Shown here piece by piece: positions 61,849-64,000 of a DNA stretch of 64,000 nt (position 1 is the first letter of the stretch; each line of letters starts with the position of its first letter). The notes beneath the pieces are model-generated. The model worked only from the letters and a program-made list of their open reading frames with translations. It searched no databases and was not told where the DNA came from. Origin of the DNA: Flectonema sp. DT1601 (lineage: Eukaryota); contig OZ025780.1 in assembly GCA_964019425.1 (NCBI GenBank), forward strand, positions 992,001 through 1,056,000. The letters are read 5' to 3'. The position numbers and the translations under genes are program-made.

Positions 61849-64000
61849 ATGTCGGGTGGAGGAGGAGGAAATGTTGGAGAAGACGCACCAGTAACAAATG
61901 GAACCGGCATGCGAAGAATCCAACGACCATCTTCTGTGTCAACCGTGACAGTTGAAGAGCCAGTGATCTTACCACAGAGAAGGAAGAGACAAGGAGGAGG
62001 AGGTACAACTGGACAAGTTTTAGTAATGATGGGTTTTATATTTTTAATTGGTTTGATATGGTGGGGGTTGATAAACGCTGTAGTCGCTGGTGAACACGCT
62101 AAACATAAGCGAGTGAGACCAACTTCAGATGCTAAAGACATAATTGAATCAACTGAAGGACTCTCATGGGATATTGTATACGAACGACACCGTCATCAGA
62201 TTGGATGGGTTCTTGAAACTGAGGGTGACTTATACAATGTTGGGTTTCCTGATGGTACATCCAAATGGTACCCATCACACGCAGTCGCAAAAGTTGATAC
62301 GCAACTTCCAAAAAACAATAAAAGTGATCTCAGTCATCAAAAAAGACATCGCGGAGCAGACTTATCAGAAAACTCTAACGACGATGACGAACATAAACCT
62401 CGCAGACGAAGTCGAAGAGATCCTCACTCAAGAGAATCCGTCAACAACGACAATGAAATGGAACAGGAAGAGGACTCTGATCAAAGTGAAATAAAACCAA
62501 CAAAACATTATAAAAAACCAAAAATACCCTTACACAAATCAGTTAAAAACATTCACAAAAACGAAGATAGCAACAGTGAAGGCAGCGATGAAATTATAAA
62601 ACCAGTTCACAAATCGCATTCTACTGATGCTGTGAAACACATCAAAAAACATATGAAAAAGCCAACACACCACAATGTTGAAAAAGAGGAAGAGGAAGAA
62701 GAAAACCTTCACAAAAACGAAGATAGCAACAGTGAAAGCAGCGATGAAATTATAAAACCAGTTCACAAATCGCATTCTACTGATGCTGTGAAACACATTA
62801 AAAAACATACAAAAAAGACAACACACCACAAGGAAAGTGATGTTGAAAAAGAGGAAGATGATGAAGTTCAACATGTTGATGTAAAAAAACACAAACAGCA
62901 TTCTAAAATATCTAATCTGGACCTGTCAACCAACAGACCTCATCACAGAGAATCATGTCAATATCCTGCATTACATGATTATAAATGGAAAGAAAAGTTT
63001 GGATGGGGAATTAAGAAAGAATTTCCATCATGCAGAACTGATGAATCCCCTTTTGCAACAATCTCATACCCGTATGAGTCGTCTAAGGATATTCCAGAAA
63101 CATTCTCATTCGATAACGGAATAGAAGTTTCGTTCAATTCTAATGATCGACAGGTTACTATTGGTGAATATGGTGTTATTTCAAATACAGTTCTCGTTCG
63201 AACTCAACAAAAGGGAAACGTCAAATACCATCTTCGCGTCAATGATGAAGTGTCTGGGGATGGGGACGGTGTTAGTATTATTGAGAGTGACTTTGAGAAG
63301 TTACAAAATTTAAAAAAAATGTTAAAAAAGTGTGGAATTCCTCACACGATACCAAAGTTCGCAACGATTGACATGACGGGATGCCAGGCTTCGAAGGTTT
63401 TTGGAATCCAAGAGCTGTCAGATTCTTATTTTAAAAAATTACACTCAACAGTAGACGCAGAGAGAAGACAAAATCAACTTAAGGCAGCCTATGCGTCGCC
63501 TTCAAGACTCGAAAAGTCTGAAGAATATCATGAAATTCATGGTTCATTCACCCACATAGTGGAACCGTATATCATTGCGTACTGCAGTAGTAGTAAATAT
63601 GAAATATTTATAAATTTGGATAGCGCTGCTTGGGTGGGTGAGAAGAAGTCAACGAAACCGAAATTGAACATCGCCCATGTGATGTTTGATTCGACTTCAT
63701 TAGCTGCTCTTATCAGGGCTTGTCCTAAAATTATAAAAAAGTTGGAAGACATCGATTCTAAACCAGACTCACCTAGTAGAGTATTCTCATTCAAACACCT
63801 CCACGCTGTTAGCTGTTGCTCTCCTGGAAATCAAATTCCAATGTACAGCGGAAGGATGAATGGTGAGGGTAGTCCATTTGTATTGGCAGAACCAAATCAA
63901 AAATCTGACAACTGGCTTTGGAACATCGCCAAACATCATAATTACAACACATATTTCTCTTTAGACAATTGCCCTGATAAATCTGCTAGAGATTTCCAAG
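61849..64000 (+). CDS. Type II membrane protein with DUF229-like (alkaline phosphatase/sulfatase superfamily) domain; runs off the window end
   Basis: Frame open to the window end; single TM (VLVMMGFIFLIGLIWWGLINAVV); acidic/His-rich stem with an internal 156-nt repeat; KPKLNIAHVMFDSTS...RACPK...WLWNIAKHHNYNTYFSLD. Confidence 0.7.
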   Translation, partial: MSGGGGGNVGEDAPVTNGTGMRRIQRPSSVSTVTVEEPVILPQRRKRQGGGGTTGQVLVMMGFIFLIGLIWWGLINAVVAGEHAKHKRVRPTSDAKDIIESTEGLSWDIVYERHRHQIGWVLETEGDLYNVGFPDGTSKWYPSHAVAKVDTQLPKNNKSDLSHQKRHRGADLSENSNDDDEHKPRRRSRRDPHSRESVNNDNEMEQEEDSDQSEIKPTKHYKKPKIPLHKSVKNIHKNEDSNSEGSDEIIKPVHKSHSTDAVKHIKKHMKKPTHHNVEKEEEEEENLHKNEDSNSESSDEIIKPVHKSHSTDAVKHIKKHTKKTTHHKESDVEKEEDDEVQHVDVKKHKQHSKISNLDLSTNRPHHRESCQYPALHDYKWKEKFGWGIKKEFPSCRTDESPFATISYPYESSKDIPETFSFDNGIEVSFNSNDRQVTIGEYGVISNTVLVRTQQKGNVKYHLRVNDEVSGDGDGVSIIESDFEKLQNLKKMLKKCGIPHTIPKFATIDMTGCQASKVFGIQELSDSYFKKLHSTVDAERRQNQLKAAYASPSRLEKSEEYHEIHGSFTHIVEPYIIAYCSSSKYEIFINLDSAAWVGEKKSTKPKLNIAHVMFDSTSLAALIRACPKIIKKLEDIDSKPDSPSRVFSFKHLHAVSCCSPGNQIPMYSGRMNGEGSPFVLAEPNQKSDNWLWNIAKHHNYNTYFSLDNCPDKSARDFQ

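Overview
Eukaryotic, intron-containing genomic DNA, most likely a euglenozoan. A diplonemid-like protist is inferred from the kinetoplastid-type RPS14 motif [25 protein letters not shown], kinetoplastid-like cyclase domains, and many short GT-AG introns, which kinetoplastids lack. All ~20 intact protein genes lie on the + strand, consistent with one polycistronic unit: metallophosphoesterase (partial), RPL31, a PH-domain protein, GST, a large coiled-coil protein, a PPR-like protein, a myristoylated kinase, a small WW protein, a NEK1-like kinase, a hypothetical protein, a PHO80-like cyclin, XPB helicase, REX1-B, a multi-domain pseudo-cyclase, RPS14, a PILS/auxin-efflux-like transporter, a Cys-string protein, a CCCH-MLLE protein, a hypothetical protein and a DUF229-like protein (partial). 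Two identical tRNA-Leu(AAG) genes lie on the - strand. Mobile or repetitive DNA comprises an internally deleted piggyBac element (TTAA TSD, 14-bp TIRs) in an intron, a 55-copy 30-bp quasi-palindromic minisatellite in a NEK intron, a probable degenerate tyrosine-recombinase remnant, and a ~17-kb gene-free region filled with same-orientation degenerate repeats. The most notable observations are: cis-introns with A/C-rich rather than polypyrimidine 3' ends, contrasting with pyrimidine-rich putative trans-splice acceptors; several compact structured non-coding islands (upstream of both ribosomal protein genes, beside the recombinase remnant, and a covarying hairpin+ACA family); and unusual protein architectures. 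All exon structures and folds were inferred by eye.
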